A stretch of 63,961 nucleotides of DNA, filler included, from Malassezia furfur (GCA_052055015.1; 5 parts of 5 records of this genome joined end to end with filler, not necessarily neighbours in it), one strand, 5' to 3'. Positions 52,279 through 63,408 are shown, counted from the first letter of the whole stretch. The notes: a model not told the origin generated them from the sequence alone. Translations and numbers: made by a program.

Positions 52279-53118
52279 TTATGCGATGCTGTCGTTCTTT
52301 TCTGGGAACCACTGCTTCCGGCCCAACTCGGTCCAAGGGAAGTAGAGAACAGGGAAAACCAGGAACGAGTTCGTTTCGTTGGCAATGCCGGCATATGCAT
52401 TGTACCATGCCAGAAAAGCCGATAAGATGCCGAAGGCACCACCTGCTCGAACACAGCCCGTATGCGGGGCCTGCCCATCGTTCCGAATGTAGCCGATTGC
52501 CAGCAACAGGAACGTCCAGTCCATCAGGATGAAGAGCAAACAGAAAGACACGGTCGATTTTAGTGTGCAAAGGAGAAGAACGGTTGTAAGGACGAACCAG
52601 CCAAAGAGGAACAACCCGATGGTATCGAGAAGGCCCCGCGTTCCCTCCGTCGCTGTGAGCGTCTCTTCGATACGAAATCCGCCCGGTGTGAGCAGGATTG
52701 CAAACGAGATCCAAAAACCGCCATATGAAGACAATGCAGTCGCACCGAACGTGTTACCGATGGCCATTTCCCACATGCCCGCGATAAGCTGGAGCAATCC
52801 ACCGTAGGCGAAGCCAAGAGGGATAACGATCGAAGAATTGGAGAGCCCAAGAGTACCCAGGTTGATCAACGAAAGTACAAACGTCGTAAGGGCGAAAGCC
52901 GAGAGACCAAGCGGTGCTGGGTTGGCAAATTTCCGTTTTTCGACATCTTTGTACAGACCGGGCTGCATCTCACCACCGAAGGGCGGAAGCATATTTGCTC
53001 GCTCTTCGGGAGAGGTGTGGGCAAGTGGTCCATAGCCAATACGCACCGCGCCAATCGAAGTCTGGTGTTCTTCGCGCGACGTAGAACGCGATAGAGATTG
53101 CTCGCCTGGTGATGTCAT
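52279..53118 (-). CDS. ADY2: GPR1/FUN34/YaaH acetate transporter (Ady2-like)
   Basis: FGG..PGLY, ANPAPLGLSAFALTTF, GNTFGATALSSYGGFW, AWYNA. Confidence 0.9.
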   Translation of the reverse strand: MTSPGEQSLSRSTSREEHQTSIGAVRIGYGPLAHTSPEERANMLPPFGGEMQPGLYKDVEKRKFANPAPLGLSAFALTTFVLSLINLGTLGLSNSSIVIPLGFAYGGLLQLIAGMWEMAIGNTFGATALSSYGGFWISFAILLTPGGFRIEETLTATEGTRGLLDTIGLFLFGWFVLTTVLLLCTLKSTVSFCLLFILMDWTFLLLAIGYIRNDGQAPHTGCVRAGGAFGILSAFLAWYNAYAGIANETNSFLVFPVLYFPWTELGRKQWFPEKNDSIA

Positions 53119-53598
53119 GTCTGCTGTTGCAACTGTACAATGCTCTCGGGTTCCTTGGGAGCGCTCCAAGCCGGGTATCAGTCTATAGCATGAGCTACCC
53201 CCCCTTTTTAAAGTCTGTTAAAACATAATGCGGGAATATTTTACATTCTTGGGATCTGGGGTATGTTAGGGGCACGGATCAGATTTTGTGACGCCCAACC
53301 TCCACAACCCCACGACCTTGTCAGACTGAGCCCATGGCCCGACACAGTCGTGACTAAACAAGCCGTCTTCTGGCGACCAAGACGAGCCAAGAGTACCCCC
53401 TAGTTCCCTCGACGCAGTGCGGGCATACGGATGTCTCGCCCGCTATACACATAATATACGAATAGTCCGCCATGTATAGTCACATCCTGTGTCTACAGTG
53501 CACAAAAACTGTACGCTCTCCCCCGCCCAGCGCCCAGCGCGCGCCGCGCCGCGCCCCTTCTGCATCCCTTTATCACCGTGTGCACGCCCTTTCCTCCC

Positions 53599-53716
53599 AT
53601 CTGCGGCCACAGAACCATGAAAACACCGTATCCCGTCCGATCTGCGAAGTTAAGCATGGTATCGTCTAGTTAGTACTGCGGTGGGGGACCACGTGGGAAT
53701 CCTGGATGCTGCAGTT
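53599..53716 (+). rRNA. 5S rRNA
   Basis: 118 nt, ATCTGCGGCCA..CCCGTCCGATCTGCGAAGTTAAGC..GTTAGTACT..GGGGGACCACGTGGGAATCC..GCTGCAGTT; complementary 5'/3' terminal stem; basidiomycete type. Confidence 0.95.
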
Positions 53717-53721
53717 CTCTC

Positions 53722-53727
53722 TTTTTT
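53722..53727 (+). terminator. RNA polymerase III T6 terminator of the 5S gene
   Basis: TTTTTT a few nt after the 5S 3' end. Confidence 0.8.
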
Positions 53728-55196
53728 GGACACGGTGGGACGATGGAGGTGTGTTCCCTCAACACCAGCGCGCGCGGCCATCCAAGTGCCTGGGCACCCA
53801 GCGCGGGGGGCATGGGGGGCAGTGGCACGCACGACTGCGACGGCGGTGTGTGCGTGTATGCTTTTGCTGCCGTATCCCCGTGTGCATCCAAGACACGTCG
53901 CTTGCGGCGGATGAGCACGAGGCCCGCTTAGCAGGCGGGGGGCGGACGTCCGTGCGCGAGAGCCACCCAAGCAGCCTGAGCGCGCGTGCGACACCGGCCG
54001 CATAAGTTGCTGCTGGTGTGCGTCTATGATGTGTTTTACGTGGTTCGACATGCACATACAATGGCATGCTGAGCTATACGGATGCACCCAAGGATGAACG
54101 CTGTCGTCCCCTCACTCACTTTGGGGCCTTTTAGCCCAAAAAGATCCAATTTTGGCATCCAAGTCACTCTTGCGTGTTGGACCAGGACGAAGCAAGGCAA
54201 GGGGACGAGTTGCCTGAGCGTGTAGGGAAACACACAGCACAGAAGCGAGCGCAGGGGGTCCAACCGTGTCCCCAAAGGCGGAACACAGCAAGAGGAAAGC
54301 CGTCTGGAAAGTGCACACGGTGACTATGCGGGGGTAGGGGCTACTTTTCAGGCTATGCTTGACAAGGAGGAAACCGAGCTGCCGAGGCAACGCCTCACCA
54401 GGGGGAGGCGTAGCAGCTGGTGAGGCGCGCCTCCATCCCTGTATTTTTTGACCACACGGGTGGATTTGCGCCACACAGAGGCGGCTGCTGCTGTGGCAAG
54501 GAAGGGTCGGGCTACGCGCACGCGACCGGATGGGACGCGTCCACGCGTCCACGCATGAGGGGCATGACGCGACTGGAGCTCTGAGTGTTTACGGGCGAGG
54601 TGCGTGGTTAGGCAAAAGGGGGCAGCGAGGCGGCAAGGCGCGCAAGGAGATTGGCGGAAAGGGGATGAGGAGGCGACACAGGTGACGTAAGTCGCGGGGG
54701 GGAGGGCCCCCAGAGCGGCGGTGCTGGAGGCGAATGAGCGTCGTGCGAGGGCGCAAAAAAAGCAAAAGAGCACCCGGCGGGAGCAAATCAGGGACGTCGG
54801 AGAGGCGCTTGGCAGCGAGATGGGGTGCATGGTAGAAGTGTCAATCTGGCAGGAGCGCGCCGAGATTGGCTAGATCGGGGCGAAGGACGCAAGCTGCCGC
54901 GTGAATCGGAATTAAGAAAGGGCCTAGGGGCATCAAGGCCAGGACAGGAGCCGATCCAGAACGCCTGGCGAGGCGGGGGGAGCGTCCTGGAGCGGTTTCA
55001 GGCGGTACTCCCACCAGAAACGCGCTCCCAAAGGGCTTGGAAGCCATTTCCCAAGCCGCCGCACAGACGGTGGAGGGCGTGGAGAAAGGCTCTCCACCAG
55101 GCCGTGCGCTGGGGCAAGTGGTGGAGGGTGCGTGAAAGGGTTCCTTCATGAAATCGGCGGAAACGTCGAGAGTAATACAGGCGAGATGAACGGCAG
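53728..55196. other. Probable rDNA intergenic spacer (IGS) segment
   Basis: 1.5 kb with no credible gene in an otherwise gene-dense genome; follows 5S; purine-skewed with short imperfect repeats; the contig ends here. Confidence 0.55.
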
Positions 55197-55296
55197 NNNN
55201 NNNNNNNNNNNNNNNNNNNNNNNNNNNNNNNNNNNNNNNNTTAATTAATTAANNNNNNNNNNNNNNNNNNNNNNNNNNNNNNNNNNNNNNNNNNNN
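55197..55296. other. Artificial contig-joining spacer
   Basis: N44-TTAATTAATTAA-N44. Confidence 0.98.
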
Positions 55297-55400
55297 AACC
55301 TGGCATAGTTTCATAGCTCCACGACGTTCAACCGTATGCATCACGTGGCGCACAGAAGAACGCAGGGTGGAGGCGCCAAAGAGGCGTGGCGCGTCGGACC

Positions 55401-58400
55401 ATGAGCGCGCGACTGTGGGGCACCGTGCCCGCCCGCCTAAGTGTCGCACCTGCGGCAGCGCGCACACGCGCCGTGTGCACCACCGCATGCATCCTGCGCC
55501 AGCACCCGGCGCGCGCGCGGCCGCGCTCGCCATCACGCACCAACGACACGCCCAAGGAGCCGCGCCGCAACGCGCAGCGGCCCAACGGGCGGCCCCCGCT
55601 CACCCTCGCCCCCGAAGACCTCGTCCACGAAGACGCAGAAGACGACAAGGTTGCGGAGCAGCTCGACTACAACGTCACCATCGGCGCGTCCGCCTCCAAG
55701 ATGGAGGACATCCAGCCAGGCGACTTTGTCGAGGTGCGCCGCACGGGCCGGACGTTCTCGGGCGTCGTGCTTCCCATCCCGGACGAGCACGACCGCTCGG
55801 GGTCGGGCGCCGGCGCATCGCTCGCGGTCGTCGTCATCTCGGGCGTGCTCGAGCTGGTGCGCTCGACCGACGTCATGCTCCGCTTCCCGGCGTTTGTCGA
55901 CCGGCAGCTCGCTGTGGACGCCGCGCCGCTCAAGCGCGACTACGTCGCAGCGTCCACAGCGCGCGTATCGGCGGCTCCCGTGGCGCTCCCGGACGAGCTC
56001 GCCGTGTCGCACGAGGACATGCTCGCGCTGCGCCAGAGCGCCAGCCGCGACAATTCGTACATGGAGCAGGAGCCGCTCGACTTGCCCCGCTTTGAGAAGC
56101 GCGCGTGGATCTGCCGGAAAATCCGCCAGCTCCAGCGCAAGACGGACAACGAGATCCAAAAGATATACCCGGCGTTCCGTGCCCTGTTCCTCCAGGAACA
56201 GACCGAGGCGCATGTCGACTTTGACTGGACGGGGCACGAACAGGCACCCGAGCACGCCTTCCTGCGCAAGGGGCTCAAGCTCCTACACCGCGGCAGTTTT
56301 ACGACAATCGAGGCGACGCAGCTCCTCACCCAGTACCTCGCCTTCCTGCGCCAAGAAAAGGCCGGCGTCAAGCATCGCTTCCTTGGCGAGACAGTCTTTG
56401 CAATGCACACGCTCTTTATGAACCACCCGAAACAGTTCCTCGTGGACTCGACGACGCACCGGCACAGCCAGATGTTCACCTACCGCTCGCTAAGGGAGCA
56501 GGAGATCCTCTCGCGCGTCTCTGCATGGGTCCGTGCGAGCATGACGGCACAAGGACCGGGGGGTATGGAGGATGCCTCTGTGAAGGACGACGTGGAGCTC
56601 ATGGACGCGGTCGAAATTCTGGACGGTTTCTGTGCGCGCGCCAGGGCGGCCATCGGCTGGCACGAGGCCCAGGCAGAGACGGTAAGCGACCACATCCAAG
56701 CATTGGAGCAGCCCACCACCGCCGAGGGCGACGCGGTTCAGTGGACGGCGACGGACAAGGACATCATCGAGTTCCTCAAGATCAGCGTCGGGAACCGCCG
56801 TGAGCTGCAAGAAGATCCCACGGGCAGCGTTGCCATGTCTATCATCAAACGTGTCGGCGCGCACATTCATCTTAAGCCGATCGTCCACCCCGCGATGGAG
56901 CAAGTGCCGCTCCCCAGCTCCGTCCTATCCACGACGGTGGAGCAGCCGCCGCTGAGTGACACGAGCACAAGTGTGTACTCGGCGGGAACCGATCTTCAGC
57001 ATGCCCTGGTGTTCAACTTTTTGATCCGCCTGGGTGCCTTGACCCCATGGGAGGACCCGAATGTCTTGGACACCTACCTGAGGAACATTGAGGAAAACGC
57101 AAACGAAACCGCTGTGCACGATGCCAGGCACCGTCGTACACTCCAGCTCAATCAGGAGGAGGAGGCTCGGAGGACGCGGTTCGAGAACCTGCCTGTCTAT
57201 GTGATTGACTCGGCGAATGCACACGAGCTGGACGATGGAATTTCAGTGGAGCCTGCAGGCAAAGACACATACTGGATCCATGTTCACATTGCCGACCCCA
57301 CGGCCCGCATTCCACGCAACCACCCCTTGGCGGTCGAGGCGAGGCAAAAGTATTCCAGCATCTACTTCCCGCAGGCCCAGTGGCCGCTGTTCCCCGATTT
57401 CGCAACCTACAATGGAATGAGCTTGAAGGGAAACAGCAGCGAGACAGGCCCAGAGCAGCAAGTCTTGACGTTCAGTGCTCTGGTCACAGACCAGGGCGAA
57501 ATCCGTGACTTCGACGTGCGGCCGTGCGCCGTGCGAAATGTGCGGACGCTGAGCTACGAAGATGTGAACCAGTTCTTCCTGACGAAAAAGGGCCCAAGCA
57601 ACCCCGAGTCGGCTCTGCACCTGGAGTCGACGCAGCGAAACCTGCAGCTGCTTGCGCAACTGGCGTCCAAGCTGAACTCACGAAGGATCACAATCGGCAA
57701 AGGAGTCAATGCGACCAACCAGTCCTCGGAAGTGACCGTGTCGCCCTTGCCGCTTCCTTCGCTGGCCGCGACGCATCCGGATAGCCCAGCATTCTTCACT
57801 GGATTCCCCGACATCCAAATGACCCTGACTGATCCAAGCTCGCCGTTGAAGCCAGGCACCTTTGATGGGCTGCCAGGCGGCATCTCCTCGGAAAACATGG
57901 TCAGTGAGATGATGCTACTGGCCGGTCGCGTCGCTGCAAGCTTTTGCGACGAGCACGAAATTCCTATGCCCTACCGCTGCCAGGATGCACCAGAGGCGGA
58001 CCAAGTGGCCGCCATTGAGCATTTGAAGCACCCCATCACGGGGGCCCTGCCTGTCGTTGAGCTTCAGAAACGGGACATCTTTTTGTCGCCCGCCTATTTC
58101 TCATCTCAGCCTGGGAAGCACTACGGCCTCGGGATTGGCGTGAATGACATCGCTAACACTGATCCGAACGTGCTCAAGGCAGGTGGGTATGTGAGGGTGA
58201 CCAGTCCGCTGCGGCGGTATGCGGATCTGCTGTCGCATTATCAAATGAAGGCTTTCATGTTTGGAAAGAAGACGCTCTCGCGTGGCGATCTGGTGTTCCA
58301 GTTCCCCCGCTTTGAGAGAATGGAGTCATGGGTGAAACAGATTGAACGCGCTTCTCATCGGTACTGGGTGTGGACCTACGTTGACCGACTCCTTGCTAAG

Positions 58401-58691
58401 GCTAAGCAGTATGGACCACCCGAGACAGCCAAGGCTGGCCTGTTCTCGGACATGGATAAACACATCCTCGGAACCATTCCTGCTTTCGTCGGTGTTCCCG
58501 ATGTTCGTTTTACCTACGACACGCTTCAGGCACGTATCCGTGTCAACCTTCAAACTCTCGGAGGGTTCCCAGTGGATTGCATTTGGGACCCCCAGACCCC
58601 TGCACCTCCACGTGGAGAGATCCTTCAAGTGCGAATCCAAGAAACCGTCAGCGCTGGAACCAAGCGCTCAATTATTTGCGAACTAGCATAA
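55401..58691 (+). CDS. DSS1: Mitochondrial RNase II/RNB exoribonuclease (Dss1/Cyt-4-like)
   Basis: YVIDSANAHELDDGIS, HVHIADPT, MVSEMMLLAG, YVRVTSPLRRYADLLSH; R-rich presequence. Confidence 0.85.
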   Translation: MSARLWGTVPARLSVAPAAARTRAVCTTACILRQHPARARPRSPSRTNDTPKEPRRNAQRPNGRPPLTLAPEDLVHEDAEDDKVAEQLDYNVTIGASASKMEDIQPGDFVEVRRTGRTFSGVVLPIPDEHDRSGSGAGASLAVVVISGVLELVRSTDVMLRFPAFVDRQLAVDAAPLKRDYVAASTARVSAAPVALPDELAVSHEDMLALRQSASRDNSYMEQEPLDLPRFEKRAWICRKIRQLQRKTDNEIQKIYPAFRALFLQEQTEAHVDFDWTGHEQAPEHAFLRKGLKLLHRGSFTTIEATQLLTQYLAFLRQEKAGVKHRFLGETVFAMHTLFMNHPKQFLVDSTTHRHSQMFTYRSLREQEILSRVSAWVRASMTAQGPGGMEDASVKDDVELMDAVEILDGFCARARAAIGWHEAQAETVSDHIQALEQPTTAEGDAVQWTATDKDIIEFLKISVGNRRELQEDPTGSVAMSIIKRVGAHIHLKPIVHPAMEQVPLPSSVLSTTVEQPPLSDTSTSVYSAGTDLQHALVFNFLIRLGALTPWEDPNVLDTYLRNIEENANETAVHDARHRRTLQLNQEEEARRTRFENLPVYVIDSANAHELDDGISVEPAGKDTYWIHVHIADPTARIPRNHPLAVEARQKYSSIYFPQAQWPLFPDFATYNGMSLKGNSSETGPEQQVLTFSALVTDQGEIRDFDVRPCAVRNVRTLSYEDVNQFFLTKKGPSNPESALHLESTQRNLQLLAQLASKLNSRRITIGKGVNATNQSSEVTVSPLPLPSLAATHPDSPAFFTGFPDIQMTLTDPSSPLKPGTFDGLPGGISSENMVSEMMLLAGRVAASFCDEHEIPMPYRCQDAPEADQVAAIEHLKHPITGALPVVELQKRDIFLSPAYFSSQPGKHYGLGIGVNDIANTDPNVLKAGGYVRVTSPLRRYADLLSHYQMKAFMFGKKTLSRGDLVFQFPRFERMESWVKQIERASHRYWVWTYVDRLLAKAKQYGPPETAKAGLFSDMDKHILGTIPAFVGVPDVRFTYDTLQARIRVNLQTLGGFPVDCIWDPQTPAPPRGEILQVRIQETVSAGTKRSIICELA

Positions 58692-59081
58692 ATATAAATG
58701 AATTAGATATTTACATTACGTTCAATAATAAACACAATAGATAATATTGAGTTCTTATAAGTTAAAAATATTGTATAAAGTATTTAAATTATAATTGACC
58801 AAAATAATATATATTAACAAATAGGAATATATTATAAACGTTAATATTTATATGAATCAATATTGTCATAATACATAATAATCATGTTTATTAAATTTGT
58901 TTTCTGTTTTATATAATTTATAAGTTACTTAAAAATGATTATTGTTTAACTGAATGTGTTTTAACATATAATAACGTTTATTGTTATTACTTTAATCATG
59001 TTTGCTATCATGTTTAAAATTTTATAAAATAAATATGTTTTATTTTGCCTCATCTAAATGATTCCTTCATTTATTTCTTTG
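58692..59081. other. Extremely AT-rich intergenic island, candidate centromere core
   Basis: Hand count of about 63 G+C in 390 nt (~16% GC) against roughly 60-70% in most of the window; lies between convergent genes; flanking codons also lose GC. Confidence 0.75.
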
Positions 59082-60359
59082 TTACATATTTTGGAAATAA
59101 ATACTTGCTGCAATATCCGTATTCCCATCGCTTGCAGTTAATAATTGAATTGCAAGATTTCGGTCGATGCCCAGGTTGGTTAGGGTGGTGATGGTCTCTT
59201 CCGACCACGTGCTGGGCTTGGCAGCTTGGGAGGGAGGTGGCTTGGCCGGCGTAGTAGAGGGTGCAGCGGGTTGACGCAAGGTGCTCCCCCCACTGGTGGA
59301 TGCTTGCTCGGCACTCTTGGACTCGCTGTTGGATTCGTGCTCCGGATCCGTGAGATGGTTCTTGGGTAGCTCATGTTCGGGCAGGAATGGAATCACCTTT
59401 TCATTGATAACGAGGGCATTCTTCTGAAGATCAATGTTGGCTTGGTAGCGTTTGAGCATGTCCAGTCCAAAGAGCATGTCGACACTGGATCCCTGCGTAG
59501 GTTAGTATCGCGCGCCCAGGCAACCAAAGTACATACCTCGAGTACCGTAAAGGCACAGGGCAGGAAGAGGTCGCCGCCCAGTTGGATCTGGGTGCTGTGC
59601 ACGCGTCCCAGGATTTTGGCCGTGCCTACACCCTTTGCCACGCCCGAGAAGCGCTTGTCAAGCAGACGCATGATCCCGCAGCGCTCGGCACACTCCGGGC
59701 TGATGATGGTGGCCTGTGCGCCGCTGTCAACGAACGCCTTCACGGGGTGGTCGTTGACCTTGAGATCGACATAGAGCATGGTGACGTTGCCGAACGCCTC
59801 TGGTGTGTACTCCATGGCGTGTTCCATATTCTCGGCAATCTGTTCCTGCCGAATGGCCTCTTCGATGCGTTTTTGCGCCTCGACGTCGAAAGGGTCCGAG
59901 TTGGCGAGCTGCTGCAGCGACTGCACCTGGCTGAGCTGCTCGCGCTGGTGTGCGAGGGTGCGTGCAAAGGCCTCTTGGGACTCCATGGCGGCTTCCAGCA
60001 AGGCGGGGTTGCTCTGAGGTCAGACAAGTCGGACGTACCGCGCGCAGTTGGTTCTGGAGCGCGACCGAGCCGCGGATTTGGGCGCGCACGGCCTCGGCCA
60101 TGGCGGCATCCGTGTCCGGTGCGCTGGGCGGGGCGTGCTGGCGCGTGTCTTGGAGGAGGATCAGGTCGCCGTCCTGCACGCCGTACGCCGAGAGCGATTT
60201 CTGCGCGTCGGTGAGGGGCGCATTTTGGAAGAGGAGCTGCTGGTGCGCCGCAGGCACCTCGGTGTCGGCCTCGACGACCGCCTTGAAGTTTTCGACCTCG
60301 ATCGACGCGTCTACGTCGAACGCAAATGTGTTCTGCTGTGCGTCTACGACGGTGAGCAT
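59082..60359 (-). CDS. DDI1: Ddi1 (UBL, retroviral-like aspartyl protease, UBA); introns 60038-60014 (25), 59536-59493 (44)
   Basis: [48 protein letters not shown]-terminal UBA. Confidence 0.93.
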
Positions 60360-60458
60360 CGTGGGAGTAGCCGAACGCGTCGCGTCGAGCTGACGCGGCC
60401 TGTGCGTCAGCCTCCACTGGACGAGCGGCGGCCGCACGTGGCGTGGCGAGGAGCGTCC

Positions 60459-63365
60459 ATGAGCCGTTCGCGCGAAGCACGTCGCGCCGCTGCGCGCAGT
60501 GCGGCGGCGCAGTATCTGGCGCCGACGCCGTTCCTGGGCTATGGTGACGAGTCGGTGCGCCGCCGTCCGAATGGTGAAGACGACGACGCGCCGCGTCTGA
60601 GCGACCGGCACTGGGAGGACGAGGAAGAGGACGAGGCCGACGTCGACCGCGACTGGTACCTGCGCGACGACGACGGAGGCGTGGCCGGCGATGCCGACCA
60701 TAATCCGTTTGCGCAGTACGAGGATATGCCCGGCGAAGTGTCGCGCACGATCGCGAAGCGGCACGAGCGCATCACGGCGCGCCAGGCGGCGTACCGCGCG
60801 GACGCCGACGCCTGGGAGACGAACCGGATGCAGACGGGCGGCGTGGGCGGCCCGCGTGTGCTGGACGACGACCCCGACGAGCACGGGGACGACCGTGTGC
60901 ACCTGATGGTGCACAACCTGCGCCCCCCCTTTTTGGATGGCAAGACGGTGTATACCAAGCAGATTGCGCCGGTCAATCCGGTGCGCGACCCGACGGCGGA
61001 CATGGCCGTGTTTGCGCTGAAAGGCAGCCGGCTCGTCAAGGAGCACCGCGAGCGGGCCGAGCGGGCAAAGGCGGCGGGCCGCGTTGCGTCGCTCAAAGGC
61101 ACGCAGCTCGGCAAGATTATGGGCGTGAAGGAGGACGAGGAGGAGGGTGCGCAGAGCCAGATCGACCCCGCGGAGGACGAGGGGAAGGGCGACTCGCGCT
61201 ATGCGACGCACCTCGCGAAGAAGCAGCGCGGCCTGTCCAAGTTTAGCCGGAGCAAGTCGCTGCGCGAGCAGCGGCAGTACCTGCCCGCGTTTGCGAGCCG
61301 GGACGATCTGATGCGCACCATCCGGGAGAACCAGGTGGTGGTGGTGATTGGCGAGACGGGCAGCGGCAAGACGACGCAGCTGTGCCAGTTCCTGCACGAG
61401 GACGGCTACACCGAGTATGGGCTGATTGGGTGTACGCAGCCGCGTCGTGTCGCGGCGATGAGCGTCGCGAAGCGGGTGAGCGAGGAGATGGAGTGTGAGC
61501 TCGGCAGCACGGTCGGCTACTCGATCCGGTTCGAGGACTGCACGAGCAAGGATACCAAGATCAAGTACATGACCGACGGTGTGATGCTGCGCGAGTCGCT
61601 GACCGAGCGCGACCTGGACCGCTACTCGGCGATCATCCTCGACGAGGCGCACGAGCGGTCGCTGAACACGGACGTGCTGATGGGCCTGCTGAAGAAAGTG
61701 CTGGCGCGGCGGCGCGACCTGAAGCTGATTGTGACGTCGGCCACGATGAACGCCGAGGGCTTTTCGCGGTTCTTTGGCGCGGCGCCCATCTTTACGATCC
61801 CCGGGCGCACGTTCCCCGTGGATGTGCTGTTCAGCAAGACGCCGTGTGAGGACTATGTGGACAGCACTGTGCGGCAGATCCTCTCGATCCACCTCGGCCA
61901 GGGCGCCGGCGGCGACATTCTCGCGTTCATGACCGGGCAGGAGGACATTGAGGTGACGTGCGAGGTGGCCATGGAGCGGCTGAAGCAGATCGACGATGCG
62001 CCGCCGCTGCTCATGCTGCCGATCTACTCGCAGATGCCTGCGGATTTGCAGGCGCGCATCTTTTTGCCGTCCGAGCACGGCGAGCGCAAGTGCATTGTCG
62101 CGACCAACATTGCCGAGACGTCGCTGACCGTCGATGGCATCATGTTTGTCGTGGACGCGGGGTACAGCAAGCTGAAGCTGTACAACCCGCGCGTGGGTAT
62201 GGACTCGCTGCAGATCACGCCGATCAGCCAGGCGAATGCGTCGCAGCGCTCCGGGCGCGCCGGGCGCACCGGGAGCGGCACGGCGTACCGCCTGTACACG
62301 GAGAATGCGTTCCACCACGAGATGTTCCCCGCGACGATCCCCGAGATCCAGCGGACGAATCTGGCGAACACGGTGCTGCTGCTCAAGTCGCTCGGGGTGA
62401 AGGACCTGCTCGACTTTGACTTTATGGACCCGCCGCCGCAGGACAACATCCTGAACAGCATGTACCAGCTGTGGGTGCTTGGCGCGCTGGACAACCTCGG
62501 GAACCTGACGCCGCTCGGGAAGCGCATGAGCGAGTTCCCCATGGAGCCGAGTCTCGCCAAGATCCTCATCATGAGCGTCGAGTACGGGTGCTCCGAGGAG
62601 TTGCTCACGATCGTGAGCATGCTGAGTGTGCCGACCGTCTTTTACCGCCCCAAGGAGCGCCAGGAGGAGAGCGACGCGGCGCGCGAGAAGTTCTACGTGG
62701 CCGAGAGCGACCACCTGACGCTGCTGCACGTGTACGCGCAGTGGAAGAACCACGGGTACAAGGACGCGTGGTGCAACCAGCACTTTTTGCACGGCAAGCT
62801 GCTGCGCAAGGCGCGCGAAGTGCGTGCGCAGCTCACCGACATCATGCAGTCGCAGCGCCTGCCGCTCCAGTCGTGCGGCACCGACTGGGACATTGTGCGC
62901 AAGTGCATCACCTCGGGCTACTTCCACCAGGCCGCGCGCGTGAAGGGCATCGGCGAGTACGTGCACTGCCGCACGGGCATCCCGATGAACCTGCACCCCA
63001 CGAGCGCGCTGTACGGCCTGGGCTACACGCCCGACTATGTCGTGTACCACGAGCTGACGCTCACCTCGAAGGAGTACATGGGCACGGTCACCGCTGTCGA
63101 CCCGTACTGGCTCGCGGAGCTCGGCGGGGCGTTCTACTCGATCCGCGAGCGCCATGCGCTCGGCACGACCGGGCGCCGCGGGCGCGACACGCAGCTGGGG
63201 CATGCCGTCGAGCTCGAGGCGCAGTTTGAGCGCGACCGGCAGCGGGCCGGGGAGGAGGAGAACGCGAAGAAGCGCAAGACGAATGCGCACCCCGGCGGCA
63301 TGCGGCACGGCATTGCGGTGCCGGGCCTCGCGCCGAAGCGCGGCCGCCGCGTAGGCTTCCGGTAG
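60459..63365 (+). CDS. PRP16: Pre-mRNA splicing DEAH helicase Prp16/DHX38
   Basis: WETNRM, LKPPFLDG-like [43 protein letters not shown]. Confidence 0.92.
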   Translation: MSRSREARRAAARSAAAQYLAPTPFLGYGDESVRRRPNGEDDDAPRLSDRHWEDEEEDEADVDRDWYLRDDDGGVAGDADHNPFAQYEDMPGEVSRTIAKRHERITARQAAYRADADAWETNRMQTGGVGGPRVLDDDPDEHGDDRVHLMVHNLRPPFLDGKTVYTKQIAPVNPVRDPTADMAVFALKGSRLVKEHRERAERAKAAGRVASLKGTQLGKIMGVKEDEEEGAQSQIDPAEDEGKGDSRYATHLAKKQRGLSKFSRSKSLREQRQYLPAFASRDDLMRTIRENQVVVVIGETGSGKTTQLCQFLHEDGYTEYGLIGCTQPRRVAAMSVAKRVSEEMECELGSTVGYSIRFEDCTSKDTKIKYMTDGVMLRESLTERDLDRYSAIILDEAHERSLNTDVLMGLLKKVLARRRDLKLIVTSATMNAEGFSRFFGAAPIFTIPGRTFPVDVLFSKTPCEDYVDSTVRQILSIHLGQGAGGDILAFMTGQEDIEVTCEVAMERLKQIDDAPPLLMLPIYSQMPADLQARIFLPSEHGERKCIVATNIAETSLTVDGIMFVVDAGYSKLKLYNPRVGMDSLQITPISQANASQRSGRAGRTGSGTAYRLYTENAFHHEMFPATIPEIQRTNLANTVLLLKSLGVKDLLDFDFMDPPPQDNILNSMYQLWVLGALDNLGNLTPLGKRMSEFPMEPSLAKILIMSVEYGCSEELLTIVSMLSVPTVFYRPKERQEESDAAREKFYVAESDHLTLLHVYAQWKNHGYKDAWCNQHFLHGKLLRKAREVRAQLTDIMQSQRLPLQSCGTDWDIVRKCITSGYFHQAARVKGIGEYVHCRTGIPMNLHPTSALYGLGYTPDYVVYHELTLTSKEYMGTVTAVDPYWLAELGGAFYSIRERHALGTTGRRGRDTQLGHAVELEAQFERDRQRAGEEENAKKRKTNAHPGGMRHGIAVPGLAPKRGRRVGFR

Positions 63366-63408
63366 ATAGGTAAGGTGGAGGCAATCGGGCCATTTTCTTC
63401 GGACCGGC

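Noticed and set aside
13747..55296. Regularly spaced TTAATTAATTAA elements about 13.8 kb apart, and apparent gene clusters across them
   Set aside because: Artificial linkers between contigs ordered by decreasing length (13735, 13725, 13690); they carry no biological linkage.
58692..59081. AT island as a transposon/MITE or mitochondrial insertion
   Set aside because: No terminal inverted repeats, target-site duplication, ORF or tRNA seen. The gradual GC3 decline in flanking genes argues for a long-resident locus. A NUMT is not formally excluded without BLAST.
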